64,000 bases of DNA. It comes from a virus (taxonomy: Duplodnaviria > Caudoviricetes). A program made the translations under genes and the position numbers. Below are positions 19,119 to 29,279 of this stretch, piece after piece. The notes below the pieces were generated by a model. It searched no databases, was not told the origin of the DNA, and worked only from the letters and a program-made list of their open reading frames with translations. Every line of letters begins with the position of its first letter. Within the stretch, counting starts at the first letter, position 1. Where the stretch lies: positions 1 through 64,000 of IMG/VR virus record IMGVR_UViG_2814123268_000002; one strand, 5' to 3'.

Positions 19119-19189
19119 TACCTATCACCGCGTTGATTGTGTTCCGTCAATTCTCTGTGGGAACCCACGCGGCGGCGAGAGCGGGAAAG

Positions 19190-19229
19190 CGGATAGTTTC
19201 GGATACCCCGCCATAGCCGAAACTATCCG
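19190..19229. promoter_or_regulatory. 13-bp-arm inverted repeat between divergent late genes P and O
   Basis: cggatagtttcgg-N14-ccgaaactatccg. Confidence 0.55.
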
Positions 19230-19305
19230 TAACGGCCTGCATGACACCCGCGATTTTCACCGGTTAAATTTGGCTACTCCTCTTTAATCAGGTCGGTATC
19301 TTGAT

Positions 19306-20205
19306 ATGGCGCGCTTAAAAACAGACTGGATAGCCATCGCGACCGCCGGACCCACCATTGACGGCCGCCAGATTGAGGCGCAATGGCTCACCGACGCCGC
19401 CAAATGCTATAACCGGGATGAGTATACCGCCATGATCTGGCCCTATCACGAAAGCCCCTATTGGCGCGCATTCGGCACCAACTTTGGCGAAGTCGACGAG
19501 TTAAAGACCGAAACGCGCGACGGTAAAATACAGTTAATGGCCCGCCTCATTCCCAATCAGTTTCTCATTGAGGCCAACAGGAGCGGGCAGAAACTGTTTA
19601 CCTCTGTCGAGATCGTCGAGGACTACCTCGGCAGCGGGAAATACTTTCTCAAAGGGCTGGCGGTGACCGATACACCGGCCAGCATCGGCACCACCCGCCT
19701 GCAGTTCAGCCAGGACAATCCCGGCGCCCATCACGGCAACGTGGAAGCGCTGATCCTGACGCTGCCGGGTGACGACGCGGACAGTGCTGCTGAACAACAG
19801 GCCAGGCGGGGATTCTTTTCCCGCCTGTTCTCCCAGGAAACACCCGCCCCCAACGAAACAGCAAAGGCGACCCCTATGGACGAGAAGCAATTTAACCAGG
19901 TGATGGACGCCATCAACCTCATCGGTACGCGTGTTGAGACGATGGAGAAATCCTTCGCTGATGCCAGTCCCTCCGCAGCCACGGCGCCCACGCCGCCGCA
20001 AGGCGCCACATCCGACCCGGCAGGTAATGATGGGGGCGAGGGTCACTTTGCGAGCCAGGAACAGCTCGAGCAACTGGCGACGGCTATCGAGAGCCTGTCT
20101 AAAAAGATGGATGACATCAGCCAGACCTTCGCCGACCTGCAGGGCGATAACACCCCACTGCCGAACGGAAACCCGTCCGGTGACGAATCCATCAATCTGG
20201 TCTGA
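19306..20205 (+). CDS. Capsid scaffolding protein (gpO)
   Basis: AGPTIDGRQI, QKLFTSVE, GLAVTDTPASIGT. Confidence 0.92.
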   Translation: MARLKTDWIAIATAGPTIDGRQIEAQWLTDAAKCYNRDEYTAMIWPYHESPYWRAFGTNFGEVDELKTETRDGKIQLMARLIPNQFLIEANRSGQKLFTSVEIVEDYLGSGKYFLKGLAVTDTPASIGTTRLQFSQDNPGAHHGNVEALILTLPGDDADSAAEQQARRGFFSRLFSQETPAPNETAKATPMDEKQFNQVMDAINLIGTRVETMEKSFADASPSAATAPTPPQGATSDPAGNDGGEGHFASQEQLEQLATAIESLSKKMDDISQTFADLQGDNTPLPNGNPSGDESINLV

Positions 20206-20219
20206 GGCAAATAAACACC

Positions 20220-21305
20220 ATGAGTATGATCACCCCCGAAGCCCAGAAGCTGACGCAGCTGTTCATCGCGAAATTCTCCGATACGTTTAACGACTGCGGG
20301 CGCTCTGGCGATATGCAGTTCACCCTGACCGAGCCGCGCGCCATCGCGCTGCGCAAGGCACTGCTGGAAAGTACCGAGTTTTTACGCCTGATCAATTTGA
20401 TGGATGTACCACACCCGCAGGGGCAGGTCGTCACCGTGGGTGAGTCCACCCTGCGCACCGGCCGTGTCAAGGATGGGCGCTTCACTAAGGGCAGCGGCAT
20501 CAGCGGCAACGAGTTCAGGCTGGTCGAGACAGACTCCTGCTGCGTCATCACCTGGGCGCAGCTGGCCATCTGGGCAAATGCCGGCACGCCGGGCGAGTTT
20601 TTCAACCTGATGAATTCGACGGCAGTGATCAATTTTGCACTCGATATGCTGCGTATCGGCTTTAACGGTACCCACGCCGCCGAGAACTCTAACCCCACTG
20701 ACTACCCCAGCGGTGAAGACATCAACATCGGTTGGCATCAGATTGCCAGGAACTGGGGGGACAACGAGGGACGGGTTTCACGCATTCTCACGACGCCCGT
20801 GACCGTGGGAGAAGGGGGCGACTATATCAGTCTGGATGCGATGGCGTCAGACCTGATCCACGCCTCCATCCCGCCGCAGTACCACAACGACCCACGCCTG
20901 GTTGTCCTGGTCGGCGCTGATCTGATCGCCGCAGAAAGCCTACGCCTGTTCAACAAAGAGGATAAACCCTCTGAACAGGTTGCCGCGCGTCAGCTGGGTA
21001 AGGACATCGCCGGGCGCCGCGCCATCGTACCGCCGTTTATGCCCGGCAAGCGTATGGTCATTACCATGCTGCCCAATCTGCAGATCCTGACGCTGAAAGG
21101 CTCACGCCGCCGCAAGGCCGAGGATGCCGGCGAGCGCAAGCAGTTTGAAAACTCTTACTGGCGCTATGAGGGCTACGCCCTGGGTGATCCCGACCTGTAC
21201 GCCGCGGTCGATGAGAGCGCAATCACTATCGCCGGTGAGAAGCCAACCAGCGAGGCAGCCCATGATAACTCCAATGCAGCGCCAGAGGGCACAGCAGCAG
21301 AATAA
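20220..21305 (+). CDS. Major capsid protein (gpN)
   Basis: ALDMLRIGFNG, NIGWHQ, LVVLVGADL, PPFMP. Confidence 0.93.
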   Translation: MSMITPEAQKLTQLFIAKFSDTFNDCGRSGDMQFTLTEPRAIALRKALLESTEFLRLINLMDVPHPQGQVVTVGESTLRTGRVKDGRFTKGSGISGNEFRLVETDSCCVITWAQLAIWANAGTPGEFFNLMNSTAVINFALDMLRIGFNGTHAAENSNPTDYPSGEDINIGWHQIARNWGDNEGRVSRILTTPVTVGEGGDYISLDAMASDLIHASIPPQYHNDPRLVVLVGADLIAAESLRLFNKEDKPSEQVAARQLGKDIAGRRAIVPPFMPGKRMVITMLPNLQILTLKGSRRRKAEDAGERKQFENSYWRYEGYALGDPDLYAAVDESAITIAGEKPTSEAAHDNSNAAPEGTAAE

Positions 21306-21963
21306 GCTGCGCGCCGAACGCCTGGGGCATCCCGCAGCCGGGGCCACCGGGGAGAGCCAGCACATCAAGATGCTGGCGCTGGATAACGACGTGGCGCGAC
21401 TGCGCGGCATCGAGCGCGTCGTTGACAAGGTGGAGATGAAGCGCAGCGAGCTACTGCCAAAATGGCTCCCACACGCCCAGGCCTATCTGGAGGGCGGACG
21501 CGTCTACCAAAACCCGATACTGGTCTACTGCATCATCTGGCTACTGGATACGCAGCAGTTTGAGCAGGCGCTGGACTGGGCGGATATTGCCATCCCCCAG
21601 GGCCAGGAGACGCCGGGCAACATCAAGTCGAAGCTGCCGACATTTGTTGCCAGCAACATCCTGGAATGGGCGGAGCGGGAGGCTGAGGCCGGGCACAGCG
21701 TGCAGCCCTACTTCTCCCGGGTGTTCGACCGGGTCAGGCATCAGTGGCAAATCAACGAGCGTCTGGGTGCGCGTTACCACAAATTTGCCGCCCTGCTGCT
21801 GCTGCGCAGCGGCGGGAGCGAGCAGCCCAGCGCTATCAGCTCTGTTGAGTTGCTGGAGCAGGCCGACGCCCTGCTGGAAAAGGCGGCACTACTGCATCCT
21901 AAAGTACAGGTGAAGACCCTGCGCCAGCGCATTGCCATGCGATTGCGGGCGCTGGAAGGTTAG
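21262..21963 (+). CDS. Terminase endonuclease subunit (gpM)
   Basis: K..LLPKWLP, IIWLLD, QETP; position after capsid. Confidence 0.85.
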   Translation: MITPMQRQRAQQQNKLRAERLGHPAAGATGESQHIKMLALDNDVARLRGIERVVDKVEMKRSELLPKWLPHAQAYLEGGRVYQNPILVYCIIWLLDTQQFEQALDWADIAIPQGQETPGNIKSKLPTFVASNILEWAEREAEAGHSVQPYFSRVFDRVRHQWQINERLGARYHKFAALLLLRSGGSEQPSAISSVELLEQADALLEKAALLHPKVQVKTLRQRIAMRLRALEG

Positions 21964-22068
21964 TAAAACGACTACCACAGGCCAAAGCGGGCGCGGTGGA
22001 GGGACACAGGCCAATCGGCCGGCGTGTACCGCGGAAACCGGTCTGCCCGCTTTTTTTAGGATTACGCC

Positions 22069-22551
22069 ATGTTTGACGGTAAAAGCATCGACTATCAGCA
22101 GACAACCCTCCAGAACGATGGATTCTGGCCGGACATTGACGCGGGTGATTTTGAGCGCGCCCGCACTATTCCGCCCGTCATCGATCACGGCGTGGTGATC
22201 AACGCCCTGCTGACGGCGATCGCCGAGTTGAACATGAGCCTGACCGCCACCCAGACACGCTATCGGGAGGCCGGATACAACACCGCTGATGCCGTGCCCG
22301 GCCCCGCCGCCATCGATGCCGTGCGGCGCGATGGGGCACCGCGCCGCACGCATCTGACGGCGCTGTATATCAAGGCGCTCTATGCCCGCGCAAAGGCCGA
22401 CCTGCTGCCCGAGTTCGCCACCATTGGACGGCGCGACGCGCACCCCGGGCAGGAGGCGCCGGACGTACGCCGGGGACTGCTGGCTGAGTCTGCCATGGCA
22501 CTGCGCGCCATCATGCAGCGCCCGCGCTGCTCTGTCAGCCTGATCGATTGA
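22069..22551 (+). CDS. Head completion protein (gpL)
   Basis: NDGFWPDI, YIKALYARAKADLL. Confidence 0.88.
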   Translation: MFDGKSIDYQQTTLQNDGFWPDIDAGDFERARTIPPVIDHGVVINALLTAIAELNMSLTATQTRYREAGYNTADAVPGPAAIDAVRRDGAPRRTHLTALYIKALYARAKADLLPEFATIGRRDAHPGQEAPDVRRGLLAESAMALRAIMQRPRCSVSLID

Positions 22552-22560
22552 GGATACGCC

Positions 22561-23040
22561 ATGACGCAGCTGTCGGAACTGACCGCCTATATCCAGCACC
22601 ACCTGCCGCCGCGGGCGAACACCCGCTTTTACAGCGAGATGGACAACATCACGCTACGCCGCGCCGCCAAGAGCCTGGGCAATGGCTGTCGGCGCATCCA
22701 GGTGCGCCAGTATGACGCGGTGCTGACGTGGGAGGCATGGCCCTACCGGCTGGCCAACCCCGACCTGCTTTTCGCCATCATCGACAGCTGGCTGACCACT
22801 CACGCCAACGGACTGCGCGATGAGCTGGAGCTGGCCGGACCGGGCATCGATGTGGATGTCGACGATCAGGGGAGTGCCTGGCTACAAATCACCCTTCCCC
22901 TGGCCGACCCGATTACGCTGGTCGAGGATATGCGCGGGGAGATCCCCTACGGCAACCAGCGCTATCGGCTGGACGCGGCAGATATCTGGGTCGCAGAGCA
23001 CTGCACCATCCATCCGGGCGCTGACGATGATCAGGGGTGA
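22561..23040 (+). CDS. Tail completion protein (gpR-like)
   Basis: Synteny; YDAVLTWEAWPY. Confidence 0.7.
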   Translation: MTQLSELTAYIQHHLPPRANTRFYSEMDNITLRRAAKSLGNGCRRIQVRQYDAVLTWEAWPYRLANPDLLFAIIDSWLTTHANGLRDELELAGPGIDVDVDDQGSAWLQITLPLADPITLVEDMRGEIPYGNQRYRLDAADIWVAEHCTIHPGADDDQG

Positions 23041-23761
23041 GGTTAACGCTGCGCAGCTCAAGCAGCTGCGCCAGGCGCTTAAACAGGCCGACATGTCGCC
23101 CGCCAAGCGTCAGCGCCTATTGTGGCGTATCGCCAGGCGTGGGCTTATCCCGCTGGCCAAGCGCCATGTTAGAGCACAGACCGCCCCGGATGGTTCGCCC
23201 TGGCCCAAGCGTCGGCGCGGCAAACGCAAGATGCTGACCGGACTGCCGAAGTTTTTGGGTGTACGCGAGAACGGCGATGGCTCTGTCACGCTGCGCTTTG
23301 GACGCGGGAGCTACGAGAGCAACACGCACGCCGGTGCCATCGGCTACGTCAACCAGCACGGAGCTGATATCCAGATGTCCGCCGCCGCCCTGCGTCGCAG
23401 TGGCACCCAGCAGGCTGGTAAGTCAGCCACCCGAGCGCAGGCGCGCACGCTGGTATCGCTCGGCTATCAGGTCCCGGACACGCCAGACCGTGGGGCCGAC
23501 GGACGCTACAAGGCACCGACAACACGCGGCAAAAAACGCCGGGTTAGCCAGGCGTGGATCTGCGCGAACCTGAGCATGGCTCAGGCGGGATTGATAATCC
23601 GGCAGCTCAAGGGTGAAGCGCCTAAAACGGCGTGGACTATCACCCTGCCGGCACGCGCATTTTTGGGTGCCAGTGATGACGAATTCGCCACCATTCTGGC
23701 GCGCGAACTGCGCGGGATCCAGTTTGGCTGGAATGTGAAAAAACAGGATATCAAGAGGTAA
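23027..23761 (+). CDS. Virion morphogenesis protein (gpS-like)
   Basis: QTAPDGSPWPKR, LPARAFLG. Confidence 0.8.
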   Translation: MIRGEVNAAQLKQLRQALKQADMSPAKRQRLLWRIARRGLIPLAKRHVRAQTAPDGSPWPKRRRGKRKMLTGLPKFLGVRENGDGSVTLRFGRGSYESNTHAGAIGYVNQHGADIQMSAAALRRSGTQQAGKSATRAQARTLVSLGYQVPDTPDRGADGRYKAPTTRGKKRRVSQAWICANLSMAQAGLIIRQLKGEAPKTAWTITLPARAFLGASDDEFATILARELRGIQFGWNVKKQDIKR

Positions 23762-23765
23762 GCCT

Positions 23766-24920
23766 ATGGTTTGGCCCAGTGTCACGATTACCCAGCTGAA
23801 CACGTTCGGCGGCGTCACCAGGTCCATCGAGCGCACCGTGCTGTTTGTCGGGACTGCCAGTATGAACTATGAAGCGATCTTTCCCGTCATCGCCAGCAGC
23901 GATCTCGATGCCATGTTCGGCAGCGACGACTGTGTGCTGAAAGATGAGATCGCCGCGTTTTTCAAGAGCGCCGGGCCGGGCGCGTTTTGCTACGCGGCGG
24001 TTATATCAGATTTTATTCCTTTTCCCGCGCCGGGGGAGAAGCGTCAACCCATCTGGGCCAATACCGTTCGCCGCGCCATGGCGCGGGTATCGGTAGAGGG
24101 AGTCATCATCACTGAAACCATCAGCACTCAGGAGGAGATCCTGGCCGCCCAGGCGCTGCGCACCGAGCTCAATAACACGCTGGGGCGCTGGCTGTGGTTT
24201 GCCCTGCCCGTCGCCGGTATCGATGTCAACAACGAGATTTGGGCGGAATACATCGAAAAACTGACCGCGCTGCAGCAGGGCATCGTCGCGCCACAGGTAC
24301 AGCTGGTGCCGACGTTTTTTGGTAATGATATCGGCGTACTGGCCGGGCGCCTGTGTAATGCCGCGGTAACCGTAGCCGATAGCCCGGCACGCGTCGCAAC
24401 AGGGCCGCTGCAGGGGCTCAAAAACCTGGACAGACCCGTTGATGTAGACGACAACCAGCTCGGTTTGGCCACGCTGCAGGCGCTGGCCCGCGTGCGCTAC
24501 AGCGTGCCGATGTGGTATGCCGATTACGAAGGCCTGTACTGGTCAGACGGCGTCACGCTGGAGGCCGAGGGCGGAGATTATGGCGTGATCGAAAACGTGC
24601 GCGTGGCTGACAAAGCCGCCCGGCGCATCCGTATCATGGCGATCCCCAAAATTGCCGATCGTACCCTGAACAGCACACCGGGCAGTATCGCTGCCCATGA
24701 GATGCTGTTTGGCAAGCCGCTGCGTGAGATGGCCAAGAGCGTGCAGATCAACGGTATCACCTTCCCCGGTGAGGTTCGCCCGCCGAAAGATGGCGATGTG
24801 ACCATCACCTGGCCAGAGAACTCCCGCGTCAGTATCAATTTCATTATCCGCCCCTACAACTGCCCGAAGGAAATCACCGTCGGGATTATGTTGGATACCG
24901 ATCAGGAGAATAACGTATGA
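23766..24920 (+). CDS. Tail sheath protein (HP1-type, DUF2586-like)
   Basis: WPSVTITQLN, VADSPARVATG, RYSVPMWY, IENVRVADKAARRIR. Confidence 0.85.
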   Translation: MVWPSVTITQLNTFGGVTRSIERTVLFVGTASMNYEAIFPVIASSDLDAMFGSDDCVLKDEIAAFFKSAGPGAFCYAAVISDFIPFPAPGEKRQPIWANTVRRAMARVSVEGVIITETISTQEEILAAQALRTELNNTLGRWLWFALPVAGIDVNNEIWAEYIEKLTALQQGIVAPQVQLVPTFFGNDIGVLAGRLCNAAVTVADSPARVATGPLQGLKNLDRPVDVDDNQLGLATLQALARVRYSVPMWYADYEGLYWSDGVTLEAEGGDYGVIENVRVADKAARRIRIMAIPKIADRTLNSTPGSIAAHEMLFGKPLREMAKSVQINGITFPGEVRPPKDGDVTITWPENSRVSINFIIRPYNCPKEITVGIMLDTDQENNV

Positions 24921-25372
24921 CCGCCCGCATCAGTGGTATGTCATTCGACGTCAACGTCGGCGGCATCGAGATCCACATCAACACCGTTTCCCTGGATATC
25001 AGCGACGAGACCAGTGTCGCCAAGACGCGCGGCATCCCCGACGGTACCATCGACGGCGCCATCAGCGCCGAGGGGGAAATCGAGGTGGATAGCCGTAATT
25101 TTAATTTATTGGGCGAGGCAGCCAGCCAGGCCGGATCGTGGCGCGGCCTGCCGCCGATGGATTTTCTGTTTTTTGCCGACACCGGCGACGAAAGAATCGA
25201 TGTGAAAGCCTTCGGCTGCAAGCTGTTGCTCTCTAACCTGCTGAATATCGACAGCAAGGGGGGGGAGCTCGCCATGCATAAGCTGAAGTACCTGGTCTCC
25301 AGCCCGGATTTTGTCCATATCAACGGCACGCGCGTACTGTCCGAGCACGACGTGCGCGGGCTGATGGGGTGA
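24917..25372 (+). CDS. Tail tube protein (DUF2597-like)
   Basis: RISGMSFDV, RGIPDG, SPDFVHING. Confidence 0.85.
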   Translation: MTARISGMSFDVNVGGIEIHINTVSLDISDETSVAKTRGIPDGTIDGAISAEGEIEVDSRNFNLLGEAASQAGSWRGLPPMDFLFFADTGDERIDVKAFGCKLLLSNLLNIDSKGGELAMHKLKYLVSSPDFVHINGTRVLSEHDVRGLMG

Positions 25373-25375
25373 CCT

Positions 25376-25666
25376 ATGTTCAACGAGCATGAGCGAACCC
25401 TGTTCACCCTGGCGCTGATCGGTGCCGGTTCCGCCATTGGCCGGGTCTTGCTGAGTGAGGAGCCCATCACCTGGAAGCTGTTCATCGGACGGACGCTGCT
25501 CGGCAGCGGGCTCTCCATGTCCGCCGCCGCCCTGCTGATCCAGTACCCCAGCCTCTCCCCGCTGGCCGTCGCTGGCGTCGGCGCCGCACTGGGGGTTGCC
25601 GGGTACCAGTGCATAGAAATCTATCTGCGCCGCTGGTTACGGCGGCGCGACCGGGATAAACGCTAA
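25376..25666 (+). CDS. Holin
   Basis: Three hydrophobic helices, basic C-terminus, upstream of endolysin. Confidence 0.85.
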   Translation: MFNEHERTLFTLALIGAGSAIGRVLLSEEPITWKLFIGRTLLGSGLSMSAAALLIQYPSLSPLAVAGVGAALGVAGYQCIEIYLRRWLRRRDRDKR

Positions 25667-25682
25667 CCGTACGAGGTATTTC

Positions 25683-26234
25683 ATGAACATTGATGCCATT
25701 TTCGATCAATTGCTGGGCAAAGAGGGGAATTATGTCGATCACCCCAGCGATAAGGGCGGTCCCACCAACTGGGGTATCACCGAAAAAACCGCCCGCGCGC
25801 ATGGCTACACCGGTGATATGCGTTACCTGACCCGCGGGCAGGCCCTGGAGATCTACCGTGCCGACTATTGGCGCGCGCCCCGCTTCGATCAGGTCTATGC
25901 CCTGAGCCCCCCGCTGGCCGAGGAGTTACTGGATACGGGGGTCAACATGGGGCCGTCCGTCCCCTCTGCCTGGCTACAACGCTGGCTTAACGCCTTCAAC
26001 CAGCGCGGAAAACTGTATCCGGATTTACAGGCCGATGGCAGCATCGGTCCCCGTACCCTCTCCGCTCTGCAGGCTTACCTGAACGCCCGCGGCGACGAGG
26101 GCGCCACGGTTTTGCTCTCTGCGCTGAACTGCAGCCAGGGAGCCCGCTACCTTGAGATCACCGAGCGGGATCAAGCCCAGGAAGACTTTACCTATGGCTG
26201 GATGCGGGCACGGGTGGCCACGCCCCAAACCTAA
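25683..26234 (+). CDS. GH108 endolysin with peptidoglycan-binding domain
   Basis: EGNYVDHPSDKGGPTNWGIT, DTGVNMG, DGSIGPRT, FTYGW. Confidence 0.92.
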   Translation: MNIDAIFDQLLGKEGNYVDHPSDKGGPTNWGITEKTARAHGYTGDMRYLTRGQALEIYRADYWRAPRFDQVYALSPPLAEELLDTGVNMGPSVPSAWLQRWLNAFNQRGKLYPDLQADGSIGPRTLSALQAYLNARGDEGATVLLSALNCSQGARYLEITERDQAQEDFTYGWMRARVATPQT

Positions 26235-26264
26235 TAACGCCACCGATTATCCCAGGAGTCTCCT

Positions 26265-26552
26265 ATGACGGAAAAAACGCAGTACAACGATGCACCCGGC
26301 CTGATCACCCTGCAGATCGGTGAGCAGGAGCTGACCTTCGCCCCAACGCCGCAGGCCTACGACACCCTGCAAAACGACTTTATGCCGAACAACAAAGTCG
26401 CGCCGCTGAAAAACTACCTGCGCCGCATCGTCATCAAGGATCATCGCCAGGCGCTGGATACGCTGCTGCAAAAACCCGGGATGCCGGCGGCGATAGCAAG
26501 CGCGGTAAATGACGAGTACGCCCCGAACATCGAGATCATCGTAAAAAAATAG
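26265..26552 (+). CDS. Tail assembly chaperone
   Basis: Position before tape measure; ends at slippery A7 run. Confidence 0.8.
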   Translation: MTEKTQYNDAPGLITLQIGEQELTFAPTPQAYDTLQNDFMPNNKVAPLKNYLRRIVIKDHRQALDTLLQKPGMPAAIASAVNDEYAPNIEIIVKK

Positions 26553-26737
26553 CGGCGCAGGTTGAGGCTATCAGGCATAACCCGTTTTCGCAGCTGCTGG
26601 CCCTGCGCCGCCACTATCTGCCGGGTGAGGATGACGGGCCGCAGAGTCTCGCCATGGCCGCCTGGCTGGATAACCACTACTGGGAGAGCCTGTGCGCCGC
26701 CGTCAATAACGGCATCGTGAAAGCCTTTAAGGGGTAA
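26549..26737 (+). CDS. -1 frameshift extension of tail chaperone
   Basis: Open -1 frame IAAQVEAIRHNPFSQLLALRRHYLPGEDD...AFKG from A AAA AAA at 26543-26549. Confidence 0.8.
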   Translation: MAAQVEAIRHNPFSQLLALRRHYLPGEDDGPQSLAMAAWLDNHYWESLCAAVNNGIVKAFKG

Positions 26738-26740
26738 GAC

Positions 26741-28936
26741 ATGCAACGCCTGGAGCTGCTGCTTTCGCTCAATAACAAGCTGACCCGACCGCTGCGTGCG
26801 GCCGGCAGTCAGGTACAGGCGTTTGCCGCCACCAGTCGTGCCGCATTCGGCCAAATCGCTATCGGCGGCGCGGCATTGTGGGGGGTGGGTCATGCCATCA
26901 AAGGGGCGCTGCAGCCCGCCATCGAAATGGACAGGGCGCTGGGTGAGGTCAGGTCACTGGGGGTGGCGGAGAGCGGACTGCGTAAACTGCAGCGCGCCTC
27001 CCTCGACTTCACCATGGCCTATGGTGGCAATGCCGCGGAGTTTGTACGCTCCTCCTACGATATCCAGTCCGCCATCGCGGGTCTGACCGATAACGAGCTG
27101 TCCCGATTTACGGCGGCCTCCGCCACCCTGGCCAGAGCCACCAAGTCGAGCAGTGCGACAATCACCGCCTACATGGGCACGATGTACGGCATTTTCGAGC
27201 AGCAGGCCAACGCCATGGGCAGGGGCGCCTGGGTGGAGCAAATCGCCGGCCAGACGGCGACGGCGGTGCAGATGTTCAAAACCACCGGCGATCAGATGTC
27301 TGCCGCATTCACCTCGCTGGGCGCCAGCGCCACCGCTGCCGGCGTCGATGTCGCCGAACAGTTCGCCGTGCTCGGCCAGCTGCAGGCCACCATGAGCGGC
27401 AGCGAGGCCGGAACAAAGTACCGGGCGTTCCTGGCCGGCATCGGCGGTGCGCAGACAACCCTGGGGCTGAATTTCACCCGCCGTGACGGCACCATGAAGG
27501 GCATCACCGAAATCATGCGCCTGATCCAGGGTAAATTTGGCGATCTGTCCAAAGTTACCGACAGTGACCTACTGGCAAAGGCCTTTGGCTCCAAGCAGGC
27601 CGTCGCGATGGTCAAGTTGCTCAATGCCAATATCGGTAATCTGGAAAAGAACATTACCACCCTGGGAAACAGCAGGGGGATGGGTAAGGCCGCCGAGATG
27701 GCCGGGGCGATGGCCGATCCTTGGAAACAGAGTCTGGCCGTCATCAATGCCATGCGCATTGAGATCGGCACCCAGTTGCTGCCGGTGCTCTATCCGTTTA
27801 TCGATCAGGCCGTCAGCGGTGGCCGCGAGTTCATCAAATGGCTGCAGCTCTACCCCAACATTACCCGCGCCATCGGGCTGATGGCCGTCGCCATGCTGGC
27901 GCTGGCCGCCGCGGGTGCCGTCGTCAATATCACGCTGGGTGTCATGCGATTTGTCGGTAGTGGCCTGAAAGCGGCCTTTACCGTGCTCGCCTGGGCATTT
28001 CGCCTTAATGCCATCGGCACCCTGATTTCCGCCAGCGCCACAAAAGTTTATGCCATGGCTCTGCGCCACCTGCGCGCCGGCATGCTTGCCTCGAGTATCG
28101 CCGGCCGGGGACTGGCAGTCTCTATCGCCATGGTCACCTGGCCGATACTGCTGATCGGCGCCGCCATCGCAGGCGTCGTGCTGCTGGTCTACAAATTTTG
28201 GCAGCCCATCAGGGCCTTTTTCTCGGGCTTCATTCAGGGATTTTCTGACGCCTGGGTCGAGCTATCCAAGGGATCCCCCCTGTTCACCATAATGGCCAGG
28301 GGGATTGCCTGGGTGTGGTCCGGTGTAAAAACCCTCTTCGGTTGGCTGTCAGGCCTGTTCACTCCCATCGCGCTGACCGGCGAACAGTTCAGCCGCGTCA
28401 GCCAGGCGGGCGCCTCATTTGGCCGCATCGCTGCCGCTGCCGTCAGCGCCATTCTGGCACCGCTGGAGATGATAACCAACGCACTCGGATTGGTGTGGGA
28501 TGCCATTGTCATCATTGGCCAGGGATGGATAGACATCTGGGAGGCCATCGATATCGAAAACCCCCTGCAGTCAATGAAGCGTATCGCCGCAGGGATCCTG
28601 AACATTTTTGGCAACCTGTGGGCGCTGGTGAAATCCTCATTTTCCAGCGCCTATAACTGGATCATCGAAAAACTGAACCTGATCCCCGGCGTCAGCATAG
28701 AGATGCAGCCCATCCCCACACCCGACGCGCTGAATGGCAATGCCGGCGACGAGGCCACCCCACTGCTGACCGCAGGACAGGTGCAGAGCGCGGGGCCCGG
28801 CGGCATCGGCCAGCAGATCCGCAACAGCAACAACAGCAAAACCGACATCGATCAGTCGGTTCGCACCACCACGTTTAACATCGCCAGTGCGTCTGCCGGC
28901 GACATCAGGGAGCTTCAGGAACTCTATGCACGATAG
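26741..28936 (+). CDS. Tail tape measure protein
   Basis: Long Ala/Gly-rich helical protein; SYDIQSAIAGL; synteny. Confidence 0.92.
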   Translation: MQRLELLLSLNNKLTRPLRAAGSQVQAFAATSRAAFGQIAIGGAALWGVGHAIKGALQPAIEMDRALGEVRSLGVAESGLRKLQRASLDFTMAYGGNAAEFVRSSYDIQSAIAGLTDNELSRFTAASATLARATKSSSATITAYMGTMYGIFEQQANAMGRGAWVEQIAGQTATAVQMFKTTGDQMSAAFTSLGASATAAGVDVAEQFAVLGQLQATMSGSEAGTKYRAFLAGIGGAQTTLGLNFTRRDGTMKGITEIMRLIQGKFGDLSKVTDSDLLAKAFGSKQAVAMVKLLNANIGNLEKNITTLGNSRGMGKAAEMAGAMADPWKQSLAVINAMRIEIGTQLLPVLYPFIDQAVSGGREFIKWLQLYPNITRAIGLMAVAMLALAAAGAVVNITLGVMRFVGSGLKAAFTVLAWAFRLNAIGTLISASATKVYAMALRHLRAGMLASSIAGRGLAVSIAMVTWPILLIGAAIAGVVLLVYKFWQPIRAFFSGFIQGFSDAWVELSKGSPLFTIMARGIAWVWSGVKTLFGWLSGLFTPIALTGEQFSRVSQAGASFGRIAAAAVSAILAPLEMITNALGLVWDAIVIIGQGWIDIWEAIDIENPLQSMKRIAAGILNIFGNLWALVKSSFSSAYNWIIEKLNLIPGVSIEMQPIPTPDALNGNAGDEATPLLTAGQVQSAGPGGIGQQIRNSNNSKTDIDQSVRTTTFNIASASAGDIRELQELYAR

Positions 28937-29279
28937 TCCAGCGCGCTATATCGACCTGCTGATCACCGACCGCAATTTCACCCTGAACAGCGGCCGGGAA
29001 CCGGTGCTGTGCGATAACCTGCGCAGCATTGCCCAAGACTGCCAGCACGCCATTATCGAGAGCGGGCTGGCGACACGCATGCTGGCGGAGAAAAGCCCCA
29101 CCCTGCGCGCTGACCTGATGATGCAGATGATGCTGCTGGTCGAAGATGACGATCGCATCGTTCCGGGCACGGTCAGCGTAACCGAAGAGACGCCGCTTTC
29201 CGGCCGGCTGCTTATCCTGGCCGCAACCGAAGATTTTCGCCATGAACCGCTGAGATTTGAGGTGACACTGAATGATTAA
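28926..29279 (+). CDS. Baseplate protein (DUF2590-like)
   Basis: YIDLLIT, IAQDCQHAIIESGL, RIVPGT. Confidence 0.8.
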   Translation: MHDSPARYIDLLITDRNFTLNSGREPVLCDNLRSIAQDCQHAIIESGLATRMLAEKSPTLRADLMMQMMLLVEDDDRIVPGTVSVTEETPLSGRLLILAATEDFRHEPLRFEVTLND

